Below, one piece after another: positions 36,027 to 45,813 of a stretch of DNA of 64,000 nt (the stretch's first letter is position 1; each line of letters begins with the position of its first letter). The notes beneath the pieces are model-generated. The model did no database searches. It had not been told where the DNA came from and saw nothing but the letters and a program-made list of their open reading frames with translations. This DNA is from Acidimicrobiales bacterium (lineage in GTDB: Bacteria; Actinomycetota; Acidimicrobiia; Acidimicrobiales; Aldehydirespiratoraceae): positions 3,958,628-4,022,627 of the forward strand of contig OZ220743.1 of assembly GCA_965116965.1 (NCBI GenBank). The letters run 5' to 3'. Position numbers and translations under genes: made by a program.

Positions 36027-37964
36027 CTATGTGCTTGCGCGGGACGCCAACCAACTACCGCCGCGTTCGCTTCTCGGTGCAGAAGGCCCCAGTTCGGCGA
36101 TATACGGACTCGTGATGGTCCGCACGGTGAATCGATCACCAGACCTGCGGATGGTCGACTTGTCGTACTTCACACCTCGGGCGTTCGCGTCTGCAAGGTC
36201 CATAGCGGCGCTCGCCGAAATGACGAGACTGTGGACCGCTCTAGTCAGAGCTACGTAGAAGAGGCGACGACCCTCCTCGGCCGCTGCTTCTGCCTCAGCT
36301 TGATGGGTTGACGTGATGGTTGGGAGTATCCCAGCGACTGACCCTACGACGTATACCGAGTTGGCGGTTAGCCCCTTTGATTTGTGAAGGCTCATGACGC
36401 GAACGAAGTTCGGGTTCTGTGGAACGTCATCTTGTGTGACAGCAGAGACGATGTCGTCCAGAACATCGACTGCCGCCTCGGCCGCTTCGAGCGAGTCGAG
36501 TGCGATGCCTCTGAGATTGGCGAGGTCATCGCTGCCTGGCGGAAGCAACTCGTCGACTAGGTTGGGAAGATCCAGGGTCCGAAGATGCTGAACCCGGTTC
36601 TCGGTTCGTTCGTAGCGCTCGAGCAATGCGGGCACCTTCAGCCCCGCGAGGCGTTCGCCAGCCGCCATGCGGCGGAGGGCGTCCAATGGATCGAGCGAAC
36701 TGTCGAGGCAGTGGCTCAGTAGCCGCCGGTATGCACCGGACCGGCCGGAAGCCTCACCCAGGCCGAGCAACACGCGCATCGCGGGTAGGTCGTTAGCCTT
36801 GACCACGAGACGCAGCAGAGCCACCGCTTCGCGTCCGTCATCGGATGCAAGCTCTTCTTCTGTGAAGTACGAGCGCACAGGGATGTCAAGATCATCGAGC
36901 CGCGCGCGGATGCGCTCGCCGATCCTTCTCCAGTTCGTTAGTACCAGGATGTCGCCGGGCTCAACCTCTCGACGGCCGACATCATCAGCGATGGCCGAGA
37001 CGATTCCGTCGATTTCGGAAGGTACATCTGTCCACTGAACAATGGACACATCGCCCTGTCGGTCCGCTTCAAGGGGCACCAAGGCCGGCTTGTCCCGGTC
37101 GACAGCATGCTCGATCAGTGAATTGGCCATCTCGACGATGTTGGCCGGTGACCTTCCGCACACCACAATGCCGTGAGGCTCTACGTCATCACGGGAGACG
37201 AATGCCCGGATTCCGCTGGGATTCGCGTACCGCACGCTGTAGATCGATTGATCGTCGTCGCCTGCAACGCAGAGGGTGCTGGCATGAGTGGACAAGACCT
37301 CCAATAGATCTTGCTCGAGTGCGTTCAAGTCTTGATACTCGTCAACGACCAAGTGGTCGAGGGCCTCGAGTTCTTCGGCCGCAGGGTTGGTGGATAGGTA
37401 GCGATGAGCAATTGGCACAACCTCGCCGATCAACATTGCGCGATGGAAGAGCAGCCACCGAAGAACCTCGCGCTCGAACACTCGGTCATCATCGTCTACC
37501 GCGACTCCGGGATGGTCGGCAGTTCGGCGCGCCCAGCCTGCGAGTAACGCTTCAACACGTCTACGACGATCGTGGATCGAACCAAAATCGCCGCCAACGT
37601 CGCGAAGCATCAGATCCCTCTCGTGGTTCATCAAGATCCTCGGATGTCGACCAGTCAGCGCGAGGACTGAGTCCCGCATCAGGAGGCCGAGGCAGTAGGC
37701 GTGAAGCGTTGTGGCGCGTACGTCTTCAGCTCCAGGAACATCGAGTTCAGCCACCTTGTCGCGTAGGTCTGCTGCAGCGACTCTTGTGAATGAGACGAGG
37801 AGGATTCGATTGCCCCTGACGCCCTCCGAGAGCAGACGCGCAACTCGTCGCATGAGGCCGTACTTCGTCTTGCCAGTACCCGGTCCCGCCATTACGCCGA
37901 TCTTTGGCGCATCACTTGCAGCAATCTCCAGATGCGGACTGTCCAAGTTGTCACGCCATATCAT
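36027..37964 (-). CDS. UvrD/Rep-family (SF1) helicase
   Basis: The ORF is 645 aa. It has a Walker A motif (VMAGPGTGKTK), motif II (LVVDEYQDLN) and motif VI (FYVALTRAVHSLVI). Confidence 0.85.
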   Translation of the reverse strand: MIWRDNLDSPHLEIAASDAPKIGVMAGPGTGKTKYGLMRRVARLLSEGVRGNRILLVSFTRVAAADLRDKVAELDVPGAEDVRATTLHAYCLGLLMRDSVLALTGRHPRILMNHERDLMLRDVGGDFGSIHDRRRRVEALLAGWARRTADHPGVAVDDDDRVFEREVLRWLLFHRAMLIGEVVPIAHRYLSTNPAAEELEALDHLVVDEYQDLNALEQDLLEVLSTHASTLCVAGDDDQSIYSVRYANPSGIRAFVSRDDVEPHGIVVCGRSPANIVEMANSLIEHAVDRDKPALVPLEADRQGDVSIVQWTDVPSEIDGIVSAIADDVGRREVEPGDILVLTNWRRIGERIRARLDDLDIPVRSYFTEEELASDDGREAVALLRLVVKANDLPAMRVLLGLGEASGRSGAYRRLLSHCLDSSLDPLDALRRMAAGERLAGLKVPALLERYERTENRVQHLRTLDLPNLVDELLPPGSDDLANLRGIALDSLEAAEAAVDVLDDIVSAVTQDDVPQNPNFVRVMSLHKSKGLTANSVYVVGSVAGILPTITSTHQAEAEAAAEEGRRLFYVALTRAVHSLVISASAAMDLADANARGVKYDKSTIRRSGDRFTVRTITSPYIAELGPSAPRSERGGSWLASRAST

Positions 37965-38024
37965 CGGCTGGTTCCAACGGCTCTTGTTGAACGATCATTG
38001 AAGACGATGCATAGCCAACTCTGG

Positions 38025-38807
38025 CTATCTGACACGCCTGCAGATAGTTGTGCCGAGCCAGGCGGTCCTACCTGCAGTAGATAGGGTGTCCATCTGTTGT
38101 TTGTAGGCTGGCATTAGGCGCGAGACGACTGCCCAGAATGCTGGGGTGTGGTGGAGTTCGCGGAGATGGGCCAGTTCGTGGACTAGGACGTAGTCGATCA
38201 GGGTTGGGGGGAGTTGGAGGGTGGCCCAGTGGATGTTGATGCGTTGGGGGCCTTCCGTGGGGCGGGCTGAGCCCCAGCGGTAGCCGAGATCGCGCACTTC
38301 TACCGCTACTTCGTGTTCGCCCATGCGGGTTGCCCAGGAACGGACTCGGCGTTGCAGCCACTGACTCCCGGCCTTGGTGTACCAGCGGCGCATCAGAGCG
38401 GCGCCTTCGGGGGCTCGGGCGACGGGGATGTGGAAGCGGCCTGCTTCTAAGCGGACATCGGTGGCAGGACCGGTCGTGAGGGTCAACCGGTAGTTGCGAC
38501 CCAGGTAGGCGAAGCCCTCGCCCTCTACGAACTGCTTGGCCACTGGGGGGCCGGTCAGGGCGTCCTTATCGGCGAGTTTGCGGTAGATCCAGCCTTGTTT
38601 GGCGTTAACGAACTGCTCGGCCCGGTGGACTGTTGCGGTAGGTGGGGCCTTGATGGTGAGTGAGGCATCGCGTTCTACGACTATCTCGATGGTCTTGCGG
38701 TCGCTGGGCGGCGACACTTGTAGTACCAGGTCACCGACGACCAGTTGCTCTAGGTCGTGAAGCGCAGCCTCGACGGTGACGGTTCTGGAGGCGCTCGTGT
38801 TGGTCAT
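38025..38807 (-). CDS. YgjP-like (DUF45/M48-type) zinc metallohydrolase
   Basis: The 260-aa ORF has an HExxH motif (VLVHELAHLRELHH). Its start overlaps the hsdR stop by 4 bp, the usual position for YgjP-like genes next to type I R-M systems. Confidence 0.8.
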   Translation of the reverse strand: MTNTSASRTVTVEAALHDLEQLVVGDLVLQVSPPSDRKTIEIVVERDASLTIKAPPTATVHRAEQFVNAKQGWIYRKLADKDALTGPPVAKQFVEGEGFAYLGRNYRLTLTTGPATDVRLEAGRFHIPVARAPEGAALMRRWYTKAGSQWLQRRVRSWATRMGEHEVAVEVRDLGYRWGSARPTEGPQRINIHWATLQLPPTLIDYVLVHELAHLRELHHTPAFWAVVSRLMPAYKQQMDTLSTAGRTAWLGTTICRRVR

Positions 38808-41800
38808 CGGAGGCGGTGCTGGTTGGCTTTGGCTAGCGCAACCAGGTCTACGGCGAGTTCGTCGAGGCTCTCGAAGCTGAACAGGGTGCTGTCGTCTAGA
38901 GCGCGTTTGATGGTCTTGCGGAGGTCGTCTTGTTTGGTCGGATTGTCCCAGAAGCTGACGACGCTGATCATCTGTCGGATGTCGTCTACCAGGCCGCTTG
39001 TGAGGCGGATGAGGCGGTCGGTCGTGTCGGGCTCGGAGCTGGCGACCCGCTCGGCCATGAGGCTGTGGAAGGGCAGTTCGGTGACGGGGTCAAGGCCGGT
39101 CTGGTCTGCATCGGTGCGGCCGGCCTTGACTTCGTCGATGAGCTCTTGGAACTCGAGTGCGATCTGTTCCCAGCGCTCTTTGAGCCGGTCGAGGATCTCG
39201 TCGACCCGTCTGGAGAGCTTCACGTAGTAGGCGGGGTCCTCGTCGAGGTGCTCTCGGATGTGGTGGCGCACGGCGTGCTCCATCTCTGATGCCTTGGCCC
39301 GGTGTGAGCCGATGCCGCGGATGTGCTCGGCGAATTCGGGGGCGGTGATGCGTACGGGCTCGATCTTGCGGCTGAGGTCCAGGGCGGTGATGTGGCGGTC
39401 GAGCAGCGAGCGGACCTTCTCCTTGTACTTGTGGGGGTCGAAGTCACCGTCGGGGGTGTCGCGGTAGCGGCGGCGGGTATCGATCTGGACTTGGCCGAAG
39501 AGGCTGGCATCCTCCACGTATGGGAGCGCTTCAGGGCGGGGCAGGACGGTGTCGAAGGTGTCCAGGAACTTGTGCAGCGCGGCGTCGAATTCCGCTCGGA
39601 GCCGCTCGTCGGCCAACAGATGGACGCACGCTTCGACGGAGCTAGCGGTTGGGGCCGGCTCGACGCCCCGCACCACGAACAGCTGGCGGACGCGTTGGCG
39701 CTGCGGTTCAAGCCGCTCGATCTCGGCGGTCAGCGGTCGCAGCGCGGCCTCGGCGTCGGGGTCCATCTGGCCGTCGCTGCTGTAGGCGGCTAGGGCTTCG
39801 GTGAGTTGGGTGGACACGCCGTAGTAGTCGACGACGAGTCCGTGGCGCTTGTTGGGGGCAGTGCGGTTGACCCGGGCGACGGCCTGCAGCAGTTCTTCTT
39901 GCTGGATCATCCGGTCGAGGTAGATGGCCTGGGCTTGGGGGGCGTCGAAGCCGGTTAGCAGCATCGACTTGACGATCAGCAGGCCCAGCCGGCTGTGGTT
40001 GTCGCTGGTGCCGAGGGGCAGCTTGAAGCTGTCGATGTGGGCCTGCTGGCGCTGTTTGTCGGTCCATGGGGCGTAGTGCGGCGGGTCGTTGGTGCCTTCG
40101 GAGACGACCGGAGCGAACCGCAGCTGCCGGATCGTGTCGATCCGGCCGGCGGCGTCTCGCAGGAACGACGCGTCAGCGTCGAGCGGCGTGGCGGGACCGT
40201 CGGCATGGTCCCTCTGCCGCAACTCGATCTCGGTGAGCAGTTCGTCGCGGGCGTTGTTCAAAGCGTCGTGGTAGCGCAGGCAGGCCTCCCGGCTGGTAGC
40301 CACGATGATCCCCTTGAACCCGCCGGGCATCACCGTGGAGACGTAGTGGCGCAGGATGTCCGCGGCCTTGACCGAGATCAGCTCGGGCGCTTCCAGCACT
40401 TGAGCGGCGGTTGCGTACCTGCGCTGGAGCGTCTCGCGCTGTTCGTCGGTGAGGCCGCTGAACCACTGGAAGAACAGGTCGTCCATACGCGACGCGCCCC
40501 GTACGGCGGCGTCGGTGGTGCGGCCCTCATAGAGGATCGGCACCGTCGAGCCGTCGTCCTCGGACTGGCGCAGCGTGTAGGTGTCGAGGTAGTCGCCGAA
40601 GATCTCTGTCGTCTTCTTGCGGCCGCCCATGATTATGGGTGTGCCGGTGAACCCGATGCGGGCAGCGTTGGGCAGTGCTCCCATCAGGTTGGCGTGCAGC
40701 TTCCGTGCGTGCGAGCGGTGAGCCTCGTCGACCATCACCAGGATCTCGCCGGAGTCGTTTAACGTGCCGAACGTTTCCTCCTCGCCCAGCCCCTCACCGT
40801 CGATGTCGTCGGGTGTGTCGCGGTACTTCTGGATCATCGCCATCACCACCGCCGGCCCCGGCAGGCTGAGCTGCTCGCGTAGCTCGCTGCCTTTGCGGGC
40901 GACGGTGACGGTCTCGCCGGTCAGCGCGGCGGTGTCACGCAGTTGTCGTTCGAGGTCGGTGCGGTCGGTGACCAGAACGATCTTGAACCGGCGAAGGTCG
41001 GGGTGGCTGCGCATCGCCCGGATGAGGAACACCATCGTCAGGCTCTTGCCTGATCCCTGGGTGTGCCAGATGATCCCGCCCCGGCGGTCCACATGCCCGT
41101 CGGCTGGGCGGGTGTCGCCCTCGATGAGCCGCCGCAGCGCGCTCTGCACGCCCCGGTATTGCTGGTAGCGGCCCACCGCCTTGACGGTGCGGCCCGAGCC
41201 CGTCGCCATGAACAGCGTGAAGTGCCGCACAATGTCCAACAGCCGCCCCGGTGCCAGCATCCCGGCTGCCAGCAACTCCTGCTGGGTGACCGCTTGAGCA
41301 GGCTTGCCGAGCGACGCGGCGACCTCGCCGACGGTGGCAGGGAACGGATCCCTCCAGGCCATGTAGTGCTCCGGCAGCGCTGTGAACGTCGCTGCCTCGG
41401 CCCGTTCACCGGTCGTAGCGATGGTGAGCTGGTTCGTCCAGAACAGCTGCTCCGCGCCCTCAGCCGTTTCCCCGCCGCGCTGGTTGGCGTAGCGTCGGAG
41501 CTGATCGATGGCGTCGACGATGGCGCTGTCCGAGCCCGGCGGCTTGGCCTCGATCACGACCAGCGGGATCCCGTTGACGAACAGGGTCACATCAGGCCGG
41601 ATGTTGGGCGCGTGCCCTGACGTGGCCACAGCGAACTGCGACACCGCCAAGAACTCGTTGACTTCCCAGTTGTCCCAATCGACGTAGTCGATGGTCTGAT
41701 CCCGGCCACCGTCCCATCCGTCGAGCCCGGCGACTGTCACCCCACCCAGCAGCAACTCGGTCGAGCGCCGGTTCGCCTCCAGCAGCTTGGTCCCCGCCGG

Positions 41801-42049
41801 CATAGACCGCAGCTCCGCCACCGCCGCACCGATCCGACCCTCATCAAGCCACGGCTCGCCGTCTGGGCCACGGTTGATCGCCACCAACGCTGACCGGAGC
41901 CGACGCTCCAGAAGCACATCCCGACCCGACGACCGGAAGTCAACCCCGTCTGGCTGCCGCTCCGACCAGATCAGCGTCTCCCACCCCAGCGAGAACAACT
42001 GCTCCAGCAGCGGCCGCTCAACCTGCTCCCACTCCGGGCTGGAGTTCAC
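38804..42049 (-). CDS. hsdR: Type I restriction endonuclease subunit R
   Basis: The start is taken at the GTG at 42049, which overlaps the hsdS TGA (GTGA). The product has a nuclease motif (DVTLFVNGIPLVVIEAKPPGS), a Walker A motif (IIWHTQGSGKSLT) and a DEAH box (VMVDEAHRSH). The track ORF's extra 53 codons lie inside hsdS. Confidence 0.9.
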   Translation of the reverse strand: MNSSPEWEQVERPLLEQLFSLGWETLIWSERQPDGVDFRSSGRDVLLERRLRSALVAINRGPDGEPWLDEGRIGAAVAELRSMPAGTKLLEANRRSTELLLGGVTVAGLDGWDGGRDQTIDYVDWDNWEVNEFLAVSQFAVATSGHAPNIRPDVTLFVNGIPLVVIEAKPPGSDSAIVDAIDQLRRYANQRGGETAEGAEQLFWTNQLTIATTGERAEAATFTALPEHYMAWRDPFPATVGEVAASLGKPAQAVTQQELLAAGMLAPGRLLDIVRHFTLFMATGSGRTVKAVGRYQQYRGVQSALRRLIEGDTRPADGHVDRRGGIIWHTQGSGKSLTMVFLIRAMRSHPDLRRFKIVLVTDRTDLERQLRDTAALTGETVTVARKGSELREQLSLPGPAVVMAMIQKYRDTPDDIDGEGLGEEETFGTLNDSGEILVMVDEAHRSHARKLHANLMGALPNAARIGFTGTPIIMGGRKKTTEIFGDYLDTYTLRQSEDDGSTVPILYEGRTTDAAVRGASRMDDLFFQWFSGLTDEQRETLQRRYATAAQVLEAPELISVKAADILRHYVSTVMPGGFKGIIVATSREACLRYHDALNNARDELLTEIELRQRDHADGPATPLDADASFLRDAAGRIDTIRQLRFAPVVSEGTNDPPHYAPWTDKQRQQAHIDSFKLPLGTSDNHSRLGLLIVKSMLLTGFDAPQAQAIYLDRMIQQEELLQAVARVNRTAPNKRHGLVVDYYGVSTQLTEALAAYSSDGQMDPDAEAALRPLTAEIERLEPQRQRVRQLFVVRGVEPAPTASSVEACVHLLADERLRAEFDAALHKFLDTFDTVLPRPEALPYVEDASLFGQVQIDTRRRYRDTPDGDFDPHKYKEKVRSLLDRHITALDLSRKIEPVRITAPEFAEHIRGIGSHRAKASEMEHAVRHHIREHLDEDPAYYVKLSRRVDEILDRLKERWEQIALEFQELIDEVKAGRTDADQTGLDPVTELPFHSLMAERVASSEPDTTDRLIRLTSGLVDDIRQMISVVSFWDNPTKQDDLRKTIKRALDDSTLFSFESLDELAVDLVALAKANQHRLR

Positions 42050-43293
42050 GCTGCCACGGTACTCACCTGACCCGACAACAGATCGGTGGCGAGTCCGGAA
42101 CGAAGTTGTCGAAGCTTGCCGAGTTGCTCTTCGTTGGCTTGGATGGCTTCGTCGATCGTGTCGAGAATCGCGGTGATTCTCCGTTGATGATCTGTCGCCG
42201 GAAGCCATATTCTCAAGTCACCAAGCAATGACGTTTGCAGCCGACCGGTTCCGTGGGTGGCCTCATCGACCATCTTCAGCACATCGGTCTCGGCGGCTTC
42301 GAGAGCAAACAGAAGGTACTTCGGGTCGACTCCGTCAGCCGGGACAAGCGCCTTACAGTCTTGACCAAATGCGACCGAGCGAACGGTCATTCCGACCCGA
42401 AACTCCTTCTTTAGGCTCATTCCTCGGATGACGAACAGAATCGTCTGTGGCGGGACGACTCGTGTGCCTGCCCTAGCGCCCGCTGGCGTGAGGCGACGTC
42501 GCGATGTACTCAAATACCTGCCCTGCAGGGAGCTTGCCGTGATCCATGGGATCTCGCCTCCCCAGTAGTCAGGGTTACCCGTATCGGGAGTTCCTCCACT
42601 GAGCCAGCACCCGCAGTCTTTCAGTAGGACCTCATCCGAAGTCAACCCGGTTGAGGTTCTGGTTGGTGCTGGCGGCGATTCTGTCTCGCGCTGGTCCAGC
42701 CTCGGTGGAGGTATGCATCTGGATGACTCGACAAGGAGATCCCTAGCGAGGCCAGCTCGAACTCTCACATGCTTGGAGATGACTCGTTCTGTGGCTCGGA
42801 TGGACTCGTCGATTTTGTCGAGAACCTTTGCGATCCGCCGCTGCTCCTCTAAGGGCGGCAGGTGGACTCTGAGCTTCTCGAGCGTCGTCTTGTTGAGAGT
42901 AGATCCCTTAACTGCGGTGTCGGTGATTCCGCTGCGGGCGATGCCAGGTAGGGCGTGATAGAGCCAGCCGTCATCAGCCCTGCCTTCCAATCCGTGTACC
43001 GAAACGATCGCTTCGTTGGTCAGCAACTTGGTTCCTGCCCGGGCTACCCGACCTACGGTGAGCTTGAAGCTCATCATTACCGAACCTGGGAGAACTGAGC
43101 GGCCGGCGAGTGGTAGCCCAGCATCGGAGACGGTTTCGGCAGTCTCCAGTACTGGGTCGGTTCGCAGGTCCGCGATCGTCGCCCACGGATGCCCATCCGG
43201 CGGGTTCCAATACCGTGTTTCACTGCGTGGCGGCGTCTTTCCGAACCGAAGTTCTGCGATCTCTCCCAGGCTGGACTTGATCCATTCACCCAT
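42046..43293 (-). CDS. hsdS: Type I R-M specificity subunit S
   Basis: The 415-aa ORF has two target-recognition halves. The conserved spacers are ...[28 protein letters not shown]... and ...[21 protein letters not shown].... Confidence 0.9.
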   Translation of the reverse strand: MGEWIKSSLGEIAELRFGKTPPRSETRYWNPPDGHPWATIADLRTDPVLETAETVSDAGLPLAGRSVLPGSVMMSFKLTVGRVARAGTKLLTNEAIVSVHGLEGRADDGWLYHALPGIARSGITDTAVKGSTLNKTTLEKLRVHLPPLEEQRRIAKVLDKIDESIRATERVISKHVRVRAGLARDLLVESSRCIPPPRLDQRETESPPAPTRTSTGLTSDEVLLKDCGCWLSGGTPDTGNPDYWGGEIPWITASSLQGRYLSTSRRRLTPAGARAGTRVVPPQTILFVIRGMSLKKEFRVGMTVRSVAFGQDCKALVPADGVDPKYLLFALEAAETDVLKMVDEATHGTGRLQTSLLGDLRIWLPATDHQRRITAILDTIDEAIQANEEQLGKLRQLRSGLATDLLSGQVSTVAA

Positions 43294-45664
43294 ACCCCAG
43301 CTCCTTGAGGTGTTGGTCTAGGCGAGCAGAGGCAGCGTCTCGCTCGGCTTCCAGATCCCGAAGGATCGTGCCGTACTTGCGGATGAGGTTGTCGTACCAG
43401 GCGAGTGTGCTGCGCTTGAGGGCAGCGAAATGGTCGGCCACTTGCTTCTTGATTCGGCTCCGGAGGACGCCGATGGCTTGGACGGTAGCTTCGGCCGGCG
43501 GAATCGCATCAAGAGCTTGGCGGGCGGTCGCTAGCAGTGAGGCGTCTATGGTCTTGAGCTTCTTCTTGGCCTTGGTGCGCTCCGACTTCAGCGTCTTGAC
43601 CTCGGTTGGGCTGCGCCAGCCGTCGTCGTCTTCGTCGTCGATTGCTTCGGCAGCCTTGATTTCGGCGTCGAGGCTGACCAGGGCGGCTGCGAGCTCGTGC
43701 CGATTGGCCAGCTGTGGCCCTGCGAGGAGTTGAATGGCGATCTGGTCGGCCAGGTCGGGTGCTTTCTTGTCGTCCTGGCTGGCATCAGCGGTGGTGAGCC
43801 AGGCTTCGATCACTGCCTTCCATCCGCGGTTGGCGGCGGTCTGAAGCTCGTGGAAGCTGTCTTGCCACCAAGTGGCGGCCATGCCGGCGGCGTCAAAGCG
43901 ATCCATGCCAGCGGGAGCCATGCACGCCGCCAAGTTCTCGACGAGTTGCCGGCGCAAGCCGACGAGGCTGCGTTGGCCGGGCAGCGAGAGCAGAATGGGT
44001 TCTACGGTGTCGTCCCACCATTGGGGCCACGGGCTTGCGGCAGCACGCTGGGACACCGCGTCGGCAATGGCGCTGTGCGCGGCCTCTCGACCTTCTTCGG
44101 AGGCGATGTTGTGACACCAGTTGGCGTAGCCGTCGCCCCGGTCGGCGAACAGGACCTCCAGCGCTCTTAGTCCGGCCCGGTCCATCAAATCCTTGGCGCC
44201 TTCGATCTCGGTTATGGGCACGCCGCCGTGGAGATGGGCTCGCACGTCCTGAGGCTCCGGGGGCGGGGAGTTGTCGGCGTAGCGGCGGATGTTGCAGTTG
44301 AAGTCGTTGGCGGCCAGCTCGTCGATGGTGACGACTTTGGCGAAGCCGTCGATGTCGGCGAAGTCCCGGTAGGCGGCCGTGATCTTCTGTTCGTCTCGGG
44401 GGCGCAGGTGGTTCTGGGCTCGGCCTTGGCGGTAGTCGCGGTCGGCGTTGATGAACAACACCCGTCCGCGGCGCTCGGGCGGCTTGGAGCCCTTGGCCCG
44501 CAGTATCAGGATCGCCGCGGGGATACCGGTGGCATAGAACAGGTTGGGGCCCAGTCCGATGACGGTGTCGAGCAGGTCGTCTTCGATGATGCCTCGACGG
44601 ATGGTTGCTTCGGCGCTGCCGCGGAACAGCACCCCGTGGGGCATGACGGTGGCCACGATGCCTGCGGGCTTGAGCACGGCAAGCATGTGCTGCAGGAACA
44701 TCAGGTCGGCCTTCTTGCCTTCTTCGGGGGTGTAGCCGTACACGAACCGCTCGGGATGAGCGAGGCCGGCCCGGTCGTAGTTCTGGCTGAACGGCGGGTT
44801 GGTGATCACCCGGTCGAAGCGCTCCAGCTCGCCGTCGCGGAGATGCTCGGGGCTGGCGAGGGTGTCCTCGTTGCGCAGATCCGCGTCGCGGATGCTGTGC
44901 AGCAGCATGTTCATCTTCGAGATCGACCAGGTGGTGCCGCTGTTCTCCTGGCCGGCGAGCCGCAGGTTGTCGGCGTTGCCGCCGTTGTCGGCCACATGAT
45001 TGCGGGCATAGATCAACATGCCGCCCGAGCCCGAGCACGGGTCGTACACCGACATGCCCTCCTGAGGGTCCAACATGCGCACCATGAGCTGCACCACTGG
45101 CCGGGGGGTGTAGAACTCGCCGCCCTTCTTGCCCGCTGAGTCCGCGAAGTCCCTCACCAGGTACTCGTACGCGGCACCCAACAAGTCGGGGAACTCGAAG
45201 TCGGAGTTGCGCAACCGGTACTTCGAGAAGTGCGCGATCAGGTCGCGCCACTTCTTGTCCGACACCGTCGTGTTGCCGACCCGCCGGTTGAAGTCGATGT
45301 ACTGCAGCACTCCCTCCAGCGACTCGTTGGCCTCCTCCAGAGCGGCCAGCGCCTTGTTCAGCCCGTCGCCCACCTGATGGTGCAGGTCGTCGCGCAGGCA
45401 CGGCCACCGGGCCAGTTCGGGCACAAAGAACGCTTCGGAATAGAAGTCGCGGTCCTCAGCCCGCCGTTCGGCCTCGGCCTGAGAGCGCCCCTTCTCAAGT
45501 TGATCTGTCACCACCCGCTGGCGCTCCTCTTCGAACTCGTCGCTGGCTCGCTTCAAGAACAGCGCGCCGAAGATGTACTCCTTGAACTCCGACGCATCCA
45601 TCTTGCCTCGCAAGATGTCTGCCGCCGCGAACAGATGCCGCTCAAGCTGCGGAAGCGTCAACAC
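43286..45664 (-). CDS. hsdM: Type I R-M N6-adenine DNA methyltransferase subunit M with long C-terminal extension
   Basis: The ORF is 792 aa. It has an AdoMet motif ([12 protein letters not shown]) and the catalytic motif [10 protein letters not shown]. The last 250 aa or so are coiled-coil-like and charged. The gene overlaps hsdS by 8 bp. Confidence 0.9.
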   Translation of the reverse strand: MLTLPQLERHLFAAADILRGKMDASEFKEYIFGALFLKRASDEFEEERQRVVTDQLEKGRSQAEAERRAEDRDFYSEAFFVPELARWPCLRDDLHHQVGDGLNKALAALEEANESLEGVLQYIDFNRRVGNTTVSDKKWRDLIAHFSKYRLRNSDFEFPDLLGAAYEYLVRDFADSAGKKGGEFYTPRPVVQLMVRMLDPQEGMSVYDPCSGSGGMLIYARNHVADNGGNADNLRLAGQENSGTTWSISKMNMLLHSIRDADLRNEDTLASPEHLRDGELERFDRVITNPPFSQNYDRAGLAHPERFVYGYTPEEGKKADLMFLQHMLAVLKPAGIVATVMPHGVLFRGSAEATIRRGIIEDDLLDTVIGLGPNLFYATGIPAAILILRAKGSKPPERRGRVLFINADRDYRQGRAQNHLRPRDEQKITAAYRDFADIDGFAKVVTIDELAANDFNCNIRRYADNSPPPEPQDVRAHLHGGVPITEIEGAKDLMDRAGLRALEVLFADRGDGYANWCHNIASEEGREAAHSAIADAVSQRAAASPWPQWWDDTVEPILLSLPGQRSLVGLRRQLVENLAACMAPAGMDRFDAAGMAATWWQDSFHELQTAANRGWKAVIEAWLTTADASQDDKKAPDLADQIAIQLLAGPQLANRHELAAALVSLDAEIKAAEAIDDEDDDGWRSPTEVKTLKSERTKAKKKLKTIDASLLATARQALDAIPPAEATVQAIGVLRSRIKKQVADHFAALKRSTLAWYDNLIRKYGTILRDLEAERDAASARLDQHLKELGYG

Positions 45665-45813
45665 GCCGAAAGGCTAGACGCACGCCAACGTCCAAGCGCC
45701 TGTCGCAGAGTGCCGAGACCGCCAGCCCTCCGCTCGGAACCGTGCGGGCACATCCGCGCAGACGCCGACAGGCTCCGCTATGCGCCATAACTGGGCCGAG
45801 ATGTACCGCTGAG

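Noticed and set aside
42050-42208. N-terminal 53-codon extension of hsdR in the track ORF (start at 42208).
   Set aside because: The extension lies entirely inside the hsdS coding region in another frame and is Arg/Ser-rich. The GTG at 42049 overlaps the hsdS stop (GTGA) and precedes the conserved ...EWEQVERPLLEQL... N-terminus.
43893-45407. 504-aa alternate-frame ORF inside hsdM, and similar shadow ORFs inside hsdR, the LRV gene (50478..51779, 433 aa) and the MoxR/vWA genes (49363..50319, 48422..49209).
   Set aside because: These are shadow frames of well-supported genes, and their translations are dominated by R, P, A and G.
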